DNA of 64,000 bases from contig CAWHTE010000007.1 of NCBI GenBank assembly GCA_963832165.1, forward strand, positions 992,001 to 1,056,000, read 5' to 3'. Under the pieces are notes generated by a model. That model did no database searches, was not told where the DNA came from, and saw only the letters and a list, made by a program, of their open reading frames with translations. Of this stretch, positions 27,770 through 37,650 are shown piece after piece. This stretch comes from an uncultured delta proteobacterium. Its GTDB lineage: Bacteria; Myxococcota_A; UBA9160; SMWR01. Numbering within the stretch: the first letter of the stretch is position 1; every line of letters starts with the position of its first letter. The translations under genes and the position numbers were made by a program.

Positions 27770-29060
27770 TCTGCGCGGCGCGGCCGCCGCACTCGGCGCG
27801 CTGACCGCGCTCGCCGCGGGCGTGCGCGCGGAGACCCGCCCGGCGCCGGTACCCGTGAAGATCTTCGTCGAGTCGCCGCATGTGGGCGAAGTGGTGAAGA
27901 ACGAGGTGCACCAGGCACCGATCCGCGGCACTGCGATCGCGTTCGGCGAGCGCCCGATCGACTTCGACATCATGCTCGTGATCGACGTCTCGGGCTCGAC
28001 CAGCAATGCGAGCGGCAGCGACGTCGATCGCGACGGTCAGATCGGGATCAACCCGCGGCTCGATCCGGCCGCCGCCGCGGGCGCCTATCCGCCCGACATG
28101 GTTTCGACCGATCCCGACGATTCGGTCCTCGCGGCCGAGGTGCGCGCGGCCGACGCACTCGTCGCGTCGCTCGCGCCGAACGGCCGCACGCGCATCGGGG
28201 TGATCAGCTTCTCGGGCGAGATGAACCCGCAGACCGGCAAGCGCGTGCGATACGACCAGCAGGACGCGTGGCTCGAGGTGCCGCTCACGGCGGACTTCGC
28301 CGCCGTGCGCGCGCGGCTGCCCCAGATCCTGCGGCGCGGACCCAGCGGCGGCACGAACTTCGCTGCGGGGATCCGGCTCGCGATCACCGAGCTTGCGGCG
28401 CTCTCGGGCGCGCGCAGCGCCGCGCGTCCCAGCGCGAAGAAGCAGGTGCTGTTCCTCTCCGACGGCCTGCCGACGTTCCCGGTCGGACTCGGCTCGGTGT
28501 CGGATCCGGGCGACATCGAGGCCGCGCTCGCGGCTGCGAACGTCGCGCAGCGCGCGGGGATATCGATCAACACCTACGCCCTCGGGCCGAGCGCGCTCAC
28601 CAATCCGTTCGCCGCCACCGAGATTTCGCGCATCACGCTCGGCACGTTCCTGCCGGTGCAGAACCCCGGCGACATCGTTTCCTTCCTGCAGGCCACGTCG
28701 TTCGCGAACGTCGACGACGTGGTGCTCACCAATCTCACGACTCGCGAGGTGTCGACCGACGTGAGCCTGCTGCCCGACGGCACCTTCTCGGGCTTCGTTC
28801 CCGTGCGCGAGGGGCGCAATCAGGTGCGCGTCACCGCGCTCACGAGCGACGGCACCAGCGCGAGCGTCGATCTCGAGCTCGAGTTCGCGGCGTCGGGAAA
28901 GTCTCCGCGCGAGCTCTCGCTCGAGCTCGAGCGGATCCGCGACCGGAACAAAGAGCTCGAGCTGCTCGTCGAGCGCGACAAGATCAAGCGCTTCCGCGAG
29001 CAGCAGCGCAAGGAGCTCGAGATCGAGGCGATGCCGGAGGCGCCGCGCCCGAAGAACTAG
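27750..29060 (+). CDS. Secreted VWA domain protein
   Basis: Signal peptide, MIDAS DVSGS, GGTNF, LFLSDGLPT, Ig-like segment and C-terminal coiled coil. Confidence 0.85.
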   Translation: MPPATRSLRGAAAALGALTALAAGVRAETRPAPVPVKIFVESPHVGEVVKNEVHQAPIRGTAIAFGERPIDFDIMLVIDVSGSTSNASGSDVDRDGQIGINPRLDPAAAAGAYPPDMVSTDPDDSVLAAEVRAADALVASLAPNGRTRIGVISFSGEMNPQTGKRVRYDQQDAWLEVPLTADFAAVRARLPQILRRGPSGGTNFAAGIRLAITELAALSGARSAARPSAKKQVLFLSDGLPTFPVGLGSVSDPGDIEAALAAANVAQRAGISINTYALGPSALTNPFAATEISRITLGTFLPVQNPGDIVSFLQATSFANVDDVVLTNLTTREVSTDVSLLPDGTFSGFVPVREGRNQVRVTALTSDGTSASVDLELEFAASGKSPRELSLELERIRDRNKELELLVERDKIKRFREQQRKELEIEAMPEAPRPKN

Positions 29061-29067
29061 CGGGCGG

Positions 29068-30100
29068 CTACAGCGGAACCAGCGACGGGTCGTTGATCTC
29101 GCGCTTCACGAGCTTGCCGTTCTCGTAGATCGACGTGATGTCGATCTGGCCGTCGCCGTTCTTGTCCTCTTCGCGCCGCACGAGCACGGATTTGCCCTTC
29201 TGCGTGTCGTACTTCTCGAACACGTCGGGGCGGCCGTCGCCGTTCGTGTCGCGCTCGATCAGCGCCGGGATCTCCTTGTCGCCCTGCGCCTGGTATTGGG
29301 TCCACTGATCCATGCGCGAGTCGTGGTCCCGGTCTTCCTCGAGCGCGACGCGCACGCGGTTCTCGTACTTCACGACCAGGTCGATCTTCCCGTCGTCGTT
29401 GCCGTCGTGGCGCTCCTCGACGAGCGAGTCAGCCTGATAGTTGTAGAAGGCGTCGCGCTTGCCGTCTCGATTGCGGTCGACCTCGCGCGACGTCATGCGC
29501 CCGTTGCGGTACTGCTCCCACGCATCGGGCTTGCCGTTGCCGTCCTCGTCGAGCGTGCGGCGCACGAGCGCTCCGCCCTCGTACTCCTGCCATGCGTCGA
29601 GCCGGCCGTTGTAGTCGCGGTCGAGCTCGACGCGCAGCAGCGTGCTGTCGTCCTCGCCGTAGAAGCGCACCTGCTCGGGCCGCCCGTCCTCGTCGGCGTC
29701 GAGGCTGTACGCGATCACCTCGAGCTCGCGCGGGTTCTCCCACGTGCCTTGCGCGATCGTCTTCTGTTCATTGTCGAAGATGGCGAGCGGCAGCTCGCGA
29801 TCTTCGGGCGCCATCGGCGCGATGCGCGGATCGGCGCGCGTTGCGAGATCGCGTGCCGGCACGGGCGCGGCCGGCGCGCGTTTGTCCCGCTTGCGTGTGG
29901 CGTCCTTGCGCGCGGCGTCCTCCACGCGCATCTCCTCGAGCAGCTCCTGCTGGCGCTTCAGCTCGGCCTGGATCTGGCTCTCGAGCTGGTCGCCGCGTTC
30001 GACCTCGCGTTCGCGCTCGGCGCCGCTGCGCGGGCGAGCCCGCGAGCAGCCCACACACGAGACCCGCGATCGCGGGGGCGGCGAGCAGTTTCACGATCAT
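29068..30100 (-). CDS. Secreted protein with ~8 tandem DxDxDG/beta-hairpin repeats, frameshifted near 30030
   Basis: Repeats DADEDGRPE, DRDYNGRLD, DEDGNGKPD, DRNRDGKRD, DGNDDGKID, DRDHDSRMD, DTNGDGRPD, DKNGDGQID. The signal peptide is in an adjacent frame from ATG 30100. Confidence 0.75.
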
Positions 30101-30466
30101 CGATCGACCCTCACGAGGGGTGTGACGCCGAACCGCCAACCCATCTATCACACGGGTCCCCATGCGTTCAAATCACCCCGAACCCACTGACGCAATGCGA
30201 CATAGCGCGCGTTCTGGCCAGCCGGGTGGGCCAGCGCGGCAACCGACCCGCAGGATGCCCCCGAAATCGCCAGATCGAAAGGTGAAATTTTGCCACGATC
30301 CGATCGCTGACCAGTTCCGTTCGGACGGGGTGGATCGCGCGACGCACAGTTTTGCGCTAACGCAGTGCAGCGGGATCAGTGGGGTCGTCTGCCTTAGGCT
30401 CTCGGTTCCGGCGGATTTGGTCGATGCGACCGACGTAATGATGACCAGCGCGAGGAGGCTCGCCCG

Positions 30467-31822
30467 ATGGGTCTGACTCTGATCCGCAAGAGCGACGGGT
30501 CCCGCCCGATCTCCAACCCGACGGTGGCGCTCGTGCTCGCAGGCGGCGCGATCTCGGGCGGCGCGTTCAAGGTGGGCGGCCTCAAGGCGCTCAACGACTT
30601 CCTGGTCGATCGCAAGATCACCGACCTCGACCTCTACGTCGGCCTCTCGGCCGGCGCGATCCTCGGCTCGTCGCTCGCGGCGGGCGTGAGCCCCGACGAG
30701 ATGATCCGCGTGCTCGACGGCACCAGCACGCGCCTCGATCAACTGCGCCCGTTCGATCTCTACAACCCGAATCTGCGCGAGTTCGCCACGCGCCCGGCGC
30801 GCTTCGCCTACGACCTCGCGGCCTACCTGCCGAGCATCTCGCTCGACTTTGCGCGCGGCGTGCCGGGACTCCCCGCCGCGATCGGGGGCCCGCTGCGCGA
30901 ATTCATGCGCAAGCCCAACTACACGCGCTTCGAAGTTCTCGCGATGCGGCTCATCGAGCACATCTCGCCCAAGCGCGAGGTGCCGTCGCTCACCGACCAC
31001 ATCCCCGGAGGCTTCTTCGACAACAAGAGCCTCGAGCGCTGGCTGCGGCGCAGCCTCCAGCGCATCAAGATGCCCAACGACTTCCGCGCGTTCTCGCGCA
31101 AGACCGGCAAGCGGCTCTACGTGACCGCCTGTGATCTCGATACGGCCGAGCGCGTGATCTTCGGCGCCGACGAGAACAGCGAGCTCACGATCTCCCAGGC
31201 GGTGCAGGCGTCGAGCGCGCTTCCGATCTTCTACAAGCCCGCTCGCATCAACGGCGTCGATTACGTCGACGGCGGCGTGCGCCACACCGCGAACATCGAC
31301 GTCGCGATCGAGAAAGGCGCCGACCTCATCATCTGCTACAACCCGTTCCGGCCGTTCCTGAACCGGATCGATGCCGAAGACACGGACACCTCGTACTTCG
31401 CCGACGGCCGCTATCTCGCCGACCGCGGGCTCAAGGCGATCATCAACCAGGTGTTCCGTACGCTCCTGCACTCGCGCCTCAAGCTCGGCATCCAGCGCTA
31501 TCTCGCAGACGACCGCTTCCGCGGTGACATCGTGCTGCTCGAGCCGCGCGAGAACGACAGCGACTACTTTGGCACCAACCCGATCGCGTTCTGGAAGCGC
31601 GCGCGCGCGGTGCAGCACGGCTTCGAGTCGGTGCACAGCACGGTGCTCCAGAACTTCGAGCAACTCGAGAGCGTGTTCGCCCGGTACGGGATCCAGCTCG
31701 ACCGCGAGGCCGCGCGCCGGCGCGCAGCGCGCGCTCGGGTGGCCCAGGGCTGGCGCGAGGACACGTCCTCGGACGCCGAGCCCAACGAGGAGAGCCCGGG
31801 GCTGCGGCTGGTCGGGTCCTGA
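30467..31822 (+). CDS. Patatin-like phospholipase/esterase
   Basis: LVLAGGAISG, GLSAG (GxSxG), ASSALP, YVDGG. GAGGAGG RBS. Confidence 0.9.
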   Translation: MGLTLIRKSDGSRPISNPTVALVLAGGAISGGAFKVGGLKALNDFLVDRKITDLDLYVGLSAGAILGSSLAAGVSPDEMIRVLDGTSTRLDQLRPFDLYNPNLREFATRPARFAYDLAAYLPSISLDFARGVPGLPAAIGGPLREFMRKPNYTRFEVLAMRLIEHISPKREVPSLTDHIPGGFFDNKSLERWLRRSLQRIKMPNDFRAFSRKTGKRLYVTACDLDTAERVIFGADENSELTISQAVQASSALPIFYKPARINGVDYVDGGVRHTANIDVAIEKGADLIICYNPFRPFLNRIDAEDTDTSYFADGRYLADRGLKAIINQVFRTLLHSRLKLGIQRYLADDRFRGDIVLLEPRENDSDYFGTNPIAFWKRARAVQHGFESVHSTVLQNFEQLESVFARYGIQLDREAARRRAARARVAQGWREDTSSDAEPNEESPGLRLVGS

Positions 31823-31956
31823 GGGACTCGAACGGCCGCCAATCGCTGAGGCTGGCGAAAACTCCACGATCTCGGTAATTTGGGGCTCTCGCTCGGGCCG
31901 GCATCCTGTCCCGCGGCCCTCAGGGAAACCCCGGCAGTCGCCCCCCACCTCGCTGG

Positions 31957-32760
31957 ATGTGCACGCTAATCGCCTTCCATCGATGCTTCGCGGGCGTTCC
32001 GTTGGTGGTGGCCGCGAATCGGGACGAATTCCACGAGCGACCCACGGAGGGTCCGGCCCTGCGCGAAGCCCCGACCGCGAGCTCCAACCACCGGGATCGG
32101 TCCCACCGGGCCGGCCGGGGTGCGCACCCCACCCGAGTGGTGGCGCCGATCGACCTGCGCGCGGGCGGGAGCTGGCTCGGTGTGTCTGCCTCGGGCCTGT
32201 TCGCGGCGATCACCAACCGCCGTTGCGAGAGCCCGGATCCGGCCCGGCGCTCGCGCGGCTGGCTCGTGATGGAGGCTCTCGCGGAGCCCTCCGCGGAACG
32301 GGCCGCCGAGCGCTTCGCGCGCCTGCCCGCGGCCGCCTACAACCCGTTCAACCTGTTCGTGGCCGATCGCGACAGCGCCCACCTCGTCACCTACGACCAG
32401 GAGCCCCAGCGCCGCGACCTCACCCCGGGGCCGCACGTGATCGGCAATCTCCATCCCGATGAGTCGTCGCCCAAGCTCGATCGCCTGCGCGCGCAGGTGG
32501 ACGAGCTCGCGCGCGGTGCCGTGCCGTCGCGCGAAGCGCTCGCGGAGCTCTGCCGCGGCCACGTCGCGAGCTCACCGCTCGAGTCGACCTGCGTCCACGC
32601 GGGCGAATACGGCACGCGCAGCTCGACGCTGCTCTGGCTCGGAGCGGAGCCCGCACTCAGTTATGCGGAGGGCGCGCCCTGCGCGGCCCCGTATCGCGAT
32701 TTGACCCCGCTGTTGCACGACCTGGGGCTCCTCCCAGCGCGCGAGCGGGTATCAGCATGA
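31957..32760 (+). CDS. NRDE/TANGO2 family protein
   Basis: MCTL, AANRDEF, GGSWLG, SRG, FNL, YGTRSST. Confidence 0.92.
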   Translation: MCTLIAFHRCFAGVPLVVAANRDEFHERPTEGPALREAPTASSNHRDRSHRAGRGAHPTRVVAPIDLRAGGSWLGVSASGLFAAITNRRCESPDPARRSRGWLVMEALAEPSAERAAERFARLPAAAYNPFNLFVADRDSAHLVTYDQEPQRRDLTPGPHVIGNLHPDESSPKLDRLRAQVDELARGAVPSREALAELCRGHVASSPLESTCVHAGEYGTRSSTLLWLGAEPALSYAEGAPCAAPYRDLTPLLHDLGLLPARERVSA

Positions 32761-32770
32761 GGGCCCAGAG

Positions 32771-33097
32771 TTGAGACGAATCGGCAGCAACATCCGCAAG
32801 CAGAATTCGGACGCGAAGGCGAATCGGATCGTCCGGAACATCATCAAGTACACGGACGAAGAGAAGCCGCGCAACGAATACCCGAAGAGGATCGTGTCGC
32901 CGGTGACCGCCTCCTCGTGTTGTCGCGACGAGAACCGCGAGATGGTCGGTTCGGCGCGCGAGATCGACGGATTCAAGTTCTGTTACAAGATCTGCACCGA
33001 GTGCGGGCACGCGGTGAAGTTCTTCTTCCCGGCGGCAGGCTCGACGAGCGAGGCGGTCAAGGAATACCGCCAGTGGAAGCGTTACATGGTTCAATGA
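32771..33097 (+). CDS. Small basic Cys-containing hypothetical protein (possible zinc ribbon)
   Basis: SSCC...YKICTECGHAV, good codon usage, fills the gap between the NRDE gene and folC. Confidence 0.65.
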   Translation: MRRIGSNIRKQNSDAKANRIVRNIIKYTDEEKPRNEYPKRIVSPVTASSCCRDENREMVGSAREIDGFKFCYKICTECGHAVKFFFPAAGSTSEAVKEYRQWKRYMVQ

Positions 33098-33107
33098 GGT
33101 CCGGCGC

Positions 33108-34433
33108 GTGCGCGGCGATCACCCGCAACTCGCCGCCGCCGAGGCCTGGCTCGAGAGCCTGATCAACCTCGAGAAGCAGCGCGCGCCGCAGCGCGCGCGG
33201 CTCTCGCTCGCGCCGATCCGCGCGCTGCTCGATCGGCTCGGCGCGCCCGAGCGCGGGCTCTCGGTGCTGCACGTGGCGGGCTCGAAGGGCAAGGGCTCGA
33301 CCGCGCTGTTCGCGGAGTCGGTGCTGCGCGCGGCGGGCGCGCGCGTGGGGACGTTCACGTCGCCCCACCTCGAGCGCTGGACGGAGCGCTTTCGCGTGGA
33401 CGGCGCGGAGGTCGCGCCGGAGCGGCTCGCGGCGGCCGTGGAGGAGCTGCGCCCCCACGTGGACGCGTTGCGCGCCGCGGGCGGCGAGGTGGAGCCCTCG
33501 TTCTTCGACGCGACCACCGCCGCAGCACTGCTCTTGTTCCGCGACCTGCGCGTGGACCGCGCCGTGCTCGAGGTGGGCCTGGGTGGCCGTCTGGATTCCA
33601 CCAATGCCGTGGAGCCCGCGGTCTGTTGCATCACGAGCATCGAGCTCGAGCACACCGATCTGCTCGGCGACACGCTCGCCGCGGTGGCCGCGGAGAAGGC
33701 CGGGATCCTCAAGCCGGGCGTGCCCGCGGTGTGCGGCGAGCTCCCGACCGAGGCGCTCGCGGTCGTGGAGCGGCGCGCGGCGGAGATCGGCGCTCCGCTC
33801 GCGCGGCTCGGCCGCGAGATCGAGGTCGCGGTGGAGGTCGTCGCGCCCGACGCCACGCGCCTCTCCTACCGCGAGGGCGAGCTCCACTTCGACGCGGAGC
33901 TGCGCGTCCCGGGCGTCCACCAGGCCGCGAACGCGGCGCTCGCGGTCGCCGCCGTGAGCCGTGTGCTCGCGGTCGATCCCGCGCAGCTCGCGCACGCGGC
34001 GCGCGCGGGGCTCGCTGCGGCGCGCCTGCCCGCACGCGTCGAGATCCTCGCGCGAGAGCCGTGGATCGTCGTGGATGCGGCCCACACCGGCGCCTCGGCG
34101 CGCGCGCTCGCCGAGGTGTTGCGGCGCATCGCCGCGCCCGTGGACTTCGTGCTGTCGATCTCCGCGGGCAAGGACACCGAGGCGATCCTCGCGGCACTCT
34201 TGCCGCTCGCGCGCTCGCTCACGCTCACGCGCGCCGATGCGCTGCGCTCGCTCGACCCGGTCGAAGTCGCGGCGGCCGCGCGCGCAGTCTCTCCCGACGT
34301 CGCGCTGCGCGTCGTGCCGAATCCACACCTCGCGCTGCGCGCCGCGCGCGAGGCGCTCGCGCCAGACGGTGTCCTGTGCGCGACGGGATCGATCTATCTC
34401 GCGGGCATCGCGCGCCGCGTACTCGCTTCGTAG
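33108..34433 (+). CDS. folC: Folylpolyglutamate synthase/dihydrofolate synthase
   Basis: HVAGSKGKGST, FTSPHL, LEVGLGGRLDSTN, EKAGILK, VDAAHT, TGSIYL. Confidence 0.95.
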   Translation: MRGDHPQLAAAEAWLESLINLEKQRAPQRARLSLAPIRALLDRLGAPERGLSVLHVAGSKGKGSTALFAESVLRAAGARVGTFTSPHLERWTERFRVDGAEVAPERLAAAVEELRPHVDALRAAGGEVEPSFFDATTAAALLLFRDLRVDRAVLEVGLGGRLDSTNAVEPAVCCITSIELEHTDLLGDTLAAVAAEKAGILKPGVPAVCGELPTEALAVVERRAAEIGAPLARLGREIEVAVEVVAPDATRLSYREGELHFDAELRVPGVHQAANAALAVAAVSRVLAVDPAQLAHAARAGLAAARLPARVEILAREPWIVVDAAHTGASARALAEVLRRIAAPVDFVLSISAGKDTEAILAALLPLARSLTLTRADALRSLDPVEVAAAARAVSPDVALRVVPNPHLALRAAREALAPDGVLCATGSIYLAGIARRVLAS

Positions 34434-34445
34434 AGCGCTACCCCC

Positions 34446-34529
34446 AAAAATCGGCCCGGGCCGGCACCTCGCATCTCTGCGAGGGGAGGGGCTGCCGGCC
34501 CGGGCACAGCGGACATTCTGTTTGTGTCC
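34446..34529 (-). ncRNA. Candidate sigma54-dependent small RNA
   Basis: Lies between convergent genes. Consensus sigma54 promoter directly upstream, 5' hairpin GGACA/TGTCC, long 3' stem CCCGGGCCGGCA/TGCCGGCCCGGG with C-rich bulge, then a T5 tract. Confidence 0.6.
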
Positions 34530-34537
34530 TACCTCAG

Positions 34538-34553
34538 AGCAAGCGACGTGCCA
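34538..34553 (-). promoter_or_regulatory. sigma54 promoter
   Basis: TGGCACGTCGCTTGCT fully matches TGGCACG-N4-TTGCW. Confidence 0.8.
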
Positions 34554-34706
34554 GCGGAAGTTGCGTCTGGCGACTGATCCGCCTAAGCGCTCGCATTGAG
34601 TCTCGATTCGGGTCACGCCTGCGCGATGCAGTGCCATCGGAGCCGCACCGCGCAGTGACACAATTCGCGTCACTTGCGCGACGCCGCGCGAAGTGCCGAC
34701 GAGTTG

Positions 34707-35585
34707 CTAGCGCACGCGCGCGACGAGTGCGGCGAGATGCGCCGGCGTCGTTCCGCAGCAGCCGCCGAGCACGCGCGCGCCGCGCGCGGCCCAGCCCGCG
34801 GCGAGCTCGCCGAAGCGCTCCGGCGAAAGCTCTTCGCTGCGCCGGAAGCCGAGCTCGTCTTCGGGTACGCCCAGATTCGGGTAGATCCCGAACGGCAGCG
34901 GCTGCGCCGCGAGGACGTCGAGACACGCGGCTGCGTTCGATGGCGGCAGGCAGTTCACGAGCACCGCGCACGCAGCTTCGTCGGCGGCAGCGCGCAGCGC
35001 GTCGGCGAGCGGCTCGCCCGAGATCAGGCGAGCGCCGTCCCAGCACACGAAGGAGACGAGCGCGGGCGCGTCCGCCTCGCGCGCGGCGCGCAGCGCGGCG
35101 ATCGCCTCGCGCTGTGTGTTCATCGTCTCGATCAGGATTGCGTCGACGCCCGCAAGCGCGAGATGGCGTGCGTGTTCGTCGTGCTCGCGTGCGAGCGATG
35201 CCGCGTCGGGTACGCGCTCCGGGTGATAGCAATCCTCGAGTGTGGGACTCGAGCCGAATACCCACGCGCGATCGCCCGCGGCGGCGCGCGCGAGCCCGAC
35301 CGCGCGCGCGGTGAGCTCGCAGGCGCGCTCGGCGATTCCCGCGTGCGCGAGCGTGCGGCGCTGGGTGCGGAACGTGTTGGCCGTGACGACGTCCACGCCA
35401 CACGCGACGTAATCCGCGTGGATCTCTCGTACGAGATCCGGGTGGCTGTCGAGCGCCCCCGCCGACCACAGCGGCAGCCGCGTTGCGACGCCGCGCCGCT
35501 CGAGCTCGGTGCCGGTCGCGCCGTCGATGACCAGAGGGGTGTCGGAGCGCAGTCGGGATTCCAGAGCCGGTCGCGGGAGCGGCAT
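34707..35585 (-). CDS. Homocysteine S-methyltransferase family protein
   Basis: IDGATGTEL, LWSA, IHADY, TANTF, ETM, VNC, YPN, GGCCGTTP. Confidence 0.92.
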   Translation of the reverse strand: MPLPRPALESRLRSDTPLVIDGATGTELERRGVATRLPLWSAGALDSHPDLVREIHADYVACGVDVVTANTFRTQRRTLAHAGIAERACELTARAVGLARAAAGDRAWVFGSSPTLEDCYHPERVPDAASLAREHDEHARHLALAGVDAILIETMNTQREAIAALRAAREADAPALVSFVCWDGARLISGEPLADALRAAADEAACAVLVNCLPPSNAAACLDVLAAQPLPFGIYPNLGVPEDELGFRRSEELSPERFGELAAGWAARGARVLGGCCGTTPAHLAALVARVR

Positions 35586-35606
35586 CCGCCTATACTCGCG
35601 CGTCCG

Positions 35607-36281
35607 ATGCCCGATGCGCCCGTCCTCGCCGTGTTCTGCGACTTCGACGGCACCTTTGCGCGCCAGGACGTCGGGTCGACGCTTGCGGCGCGCTATGCGG
35701 CCGACCGGCGCCCCGCGCAGTGGACCCGCTTCGAGCGCGGTGAGATCACCGCCTGGGAGTACAACCTCGAAATCCTCGATGGGCTGCCCGTGGGCCAGGA
35801 CGTGCTCGAGGCGTTCCTCGCAACCGTCGAGCTCGATCCGGGTGCGCGCGATCTGGTCGCGTGGTGCGAAGATCGATCGGTCCCGTTCCGGATCCTCTCC
35901 GACGGCTTCGACTCGAACCTCGACCGGCTCCAGAGCCTGAACGGAATCCACTTCGCCTACACCGCGAATCATCTGCGCATCGAGCACGGCAAATGGCGGA
36001 TCCGCGCCGGTGCGCCCGATCCGACCTGCTTCTGCGGCACGGGCGTTTGCAAGAGCCAGGTCCTGCGCACGCTGCGCGCGGCGAGCCCGCTCACGCACCT
36101 CGTCCACATCGGCAACGGCCGCGTGTCGGATACCTGCGGCGCGCTCTCCGCGGACACCGCGTTCGCGAAGGACTCGCTCGCGGAGTCGCTCGAGAAGCGC
36201 GGAGTTCCGTTCGTGCGCTTCACGACGCTGCGCGACGTGATTCCGCACCTCGACGCGATCTTGGCCCGGCCCGAGCGCTAG
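35607..36281 (+). CDS. HAD-IB phosphatase, MtnX-like
   Basis: FCDFDGT, ILSDGF, CFCGTGVCK, IGNGRVSD, FAKD. Confidence 0.85.
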   Translation: MPDAPVLAVFCDFDGTFARQDVGSTLAARYAADRRPAQWTRFERGEITAWEYNLEILDGLPVGQDVLEAFLATVELDPGARDLVAWCEDRSVPFRILSDGFDSNLDRLQSLNGIHFAYTANHLRIEHGKWRIRAGAPDPTCFCGTGVCKSQVLRTLRAASPLTHLVHIGNGRVSDTCGALSADTAFAKDSLAESLEKRGVPFVRFTTLRDVIPHLDAILARPER

Positions 36282-36314
36282 AACGCAGCGCGGCGAGCGG
36301 TTACCGTCCCGCCC

Positions 36315-37643
36315 GTGCCGCCGCCTCCCCAACACGTGCTGGTGGTCGGAGCCGGCCTTGCCGGTCTCTCCGCCGCGTGGCGCCTATCGCGCGCCGGCTC
36401 CCGCGTGACCGTTCTCGAGAGCGGATCGTGCGTTGGCGGCCGCCTCGCGGGCGAGCGCGTCGAGGGCTACCCGCTCGAGCCCGTGCCGGCGCTGATCGAC
36501 GCGGCCGACACGCGGCTCTCGGCGTGGATCGGCGACCTCGGGCTGCGCGATGCGCTGCTGCCCCCGAAGCCGGTCGTCACCGCGTTCGCGGGTCGCGACG
36601 GGCTGCGCGAGGTCGAGCTGCGCACGCTGGCCGACGTCGGGAACATTCCGGGCGTGCGGCGCGTGGACGCGTGGCGGCTCCTGCGGCTGCCGCGCCTGCT
36701 CTCGCGCTACGGCGATGCGCTCGCGTTCGGCGCCGCGGCCGAGGCGTGCCAGATCGACGATCGCAGCCTCGCCGACTTTGCGCGGCTCTACTTCGGCGCG
36801 AGCGTGCTCGACCACTGGATGGCGCCCGCAGCGTGCGCGAGCTCGCTCGGCGATCCCGCGGAGATGAGCCGCGTGCAGTTCCTCCAGCACTTCCGCGCGC
36901 GCGGGCTCGGCCGGACCGGCGTGCTCCAGGGGGCGCTCGGCGATCTGGTCGATCGCGCCGCGGCCGCGGTGACGGTCGTCCTGCACTGCCGGATCGACCG
37001 GATCGATGCGACGGCCAACAGCGGCTTTCGCGCCACGGCGTCCGACGGGCGCGCGTTCGCAGGCGATGCAGTCGTGGTCGCGGTGCCCGCACCGATCGCG
37101 GCACAGATCGCCGACCCGCTGCTCGTCACTCCCGAGCGCGGCTTCCTCAGCGGCGTGCGTTATGCGCCCGCGCTCTCGGTGGCGGCCGCGCTGTGCCGCC
37201 CGCTCGTGCCGCGCGCGCGCTTGATCGCGCTGCCGGAGAACACGTCGCCGATCGGATCTCTGCTCGTGGAGCCCGGCTACCGCGGCGGGCGGATTCCCAC
37301 GGGCGGGGGACTCGCGTTGCTGCGCGCAACGGGCGCCTTCGCGGCCGCCCATCCCGAGGCGCCGAGCGAGACGCTCGAAAAGGAATTGCTCGGCGAGATC
37401 GATCGGCTCTGGCCCGAGCTCGCGCGCAGCGTCGAGTTCACGCGCGTGTTCCGGAACCGCTACGGCGCGCCGCGCTTCGACGTCGGCGCCTATCGCGCGC
37501 TCGCGCGCTTCGAGCGCGTGCAGGCGGATCGCCGCGCCGCGGGCCGGCGGCTCGAGTTCGCGGGCGACTACCGCGTGCATCCCTCGCTCGAGGGTGCGGT
37601 GCGTTCGGGCGAGCGCGCCGCGGCCGCGCTGATCGGCGCGTGA
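36315..37643 (+). CDS. FAD-dependent oxidoreductase (protoporphyrinogen/amine oxidase-like)
   Basis: VVGAGLAGLSAA, LES...VGGR, AGDY, EGAVRSGERAA. Confidence 0.8.
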   Translation: MPPPPQHVLVVGAGLAGLSAAWRLSRAGSRVTVLESGSCVGGRLAGERVEGYPLEPVPALIDAADTRLSAWIGDLGLRDALLPPKPVVTAFAGRDGLREVELRTLADVGNIPGVRRVDAWRLLRLPRLLSRYGDALAFGAAAEACQIDDRSLADFARLYFGASVLDHWMAPAACASSLGDPAEMSRVQFLQHFRARGLGRTGVLQGALGDLVDRAAAAVTVVLHCRIDRIDATANSGFRATASDGRAFAGDAVVVAVPAPIAAQIADPLLVTPERGFLSGVRYAPALSVAAALCRPLVPRARLIALPENTSPIGSLLVEPGYRGGRIPTGGGLALLRATGAFAAAHPEAPSETLEKELLGEIDRLWPELARSVEFTRVFRNRYGAPRFDVGAYRALARFERVQADRRAAGRRLEFAGDYRVHPSLEGAVRSGERAAAALIGA

Positions 37644-37650
37644 GGGCGGG

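Noticed and set aside
29090..29710. Periodic nucleotide repeats as a possible CRISPR array
   Set aside because: They are degenerate coding repeats in one reading frame, with no identical direct repeats, no unique spacers and no cas genes.
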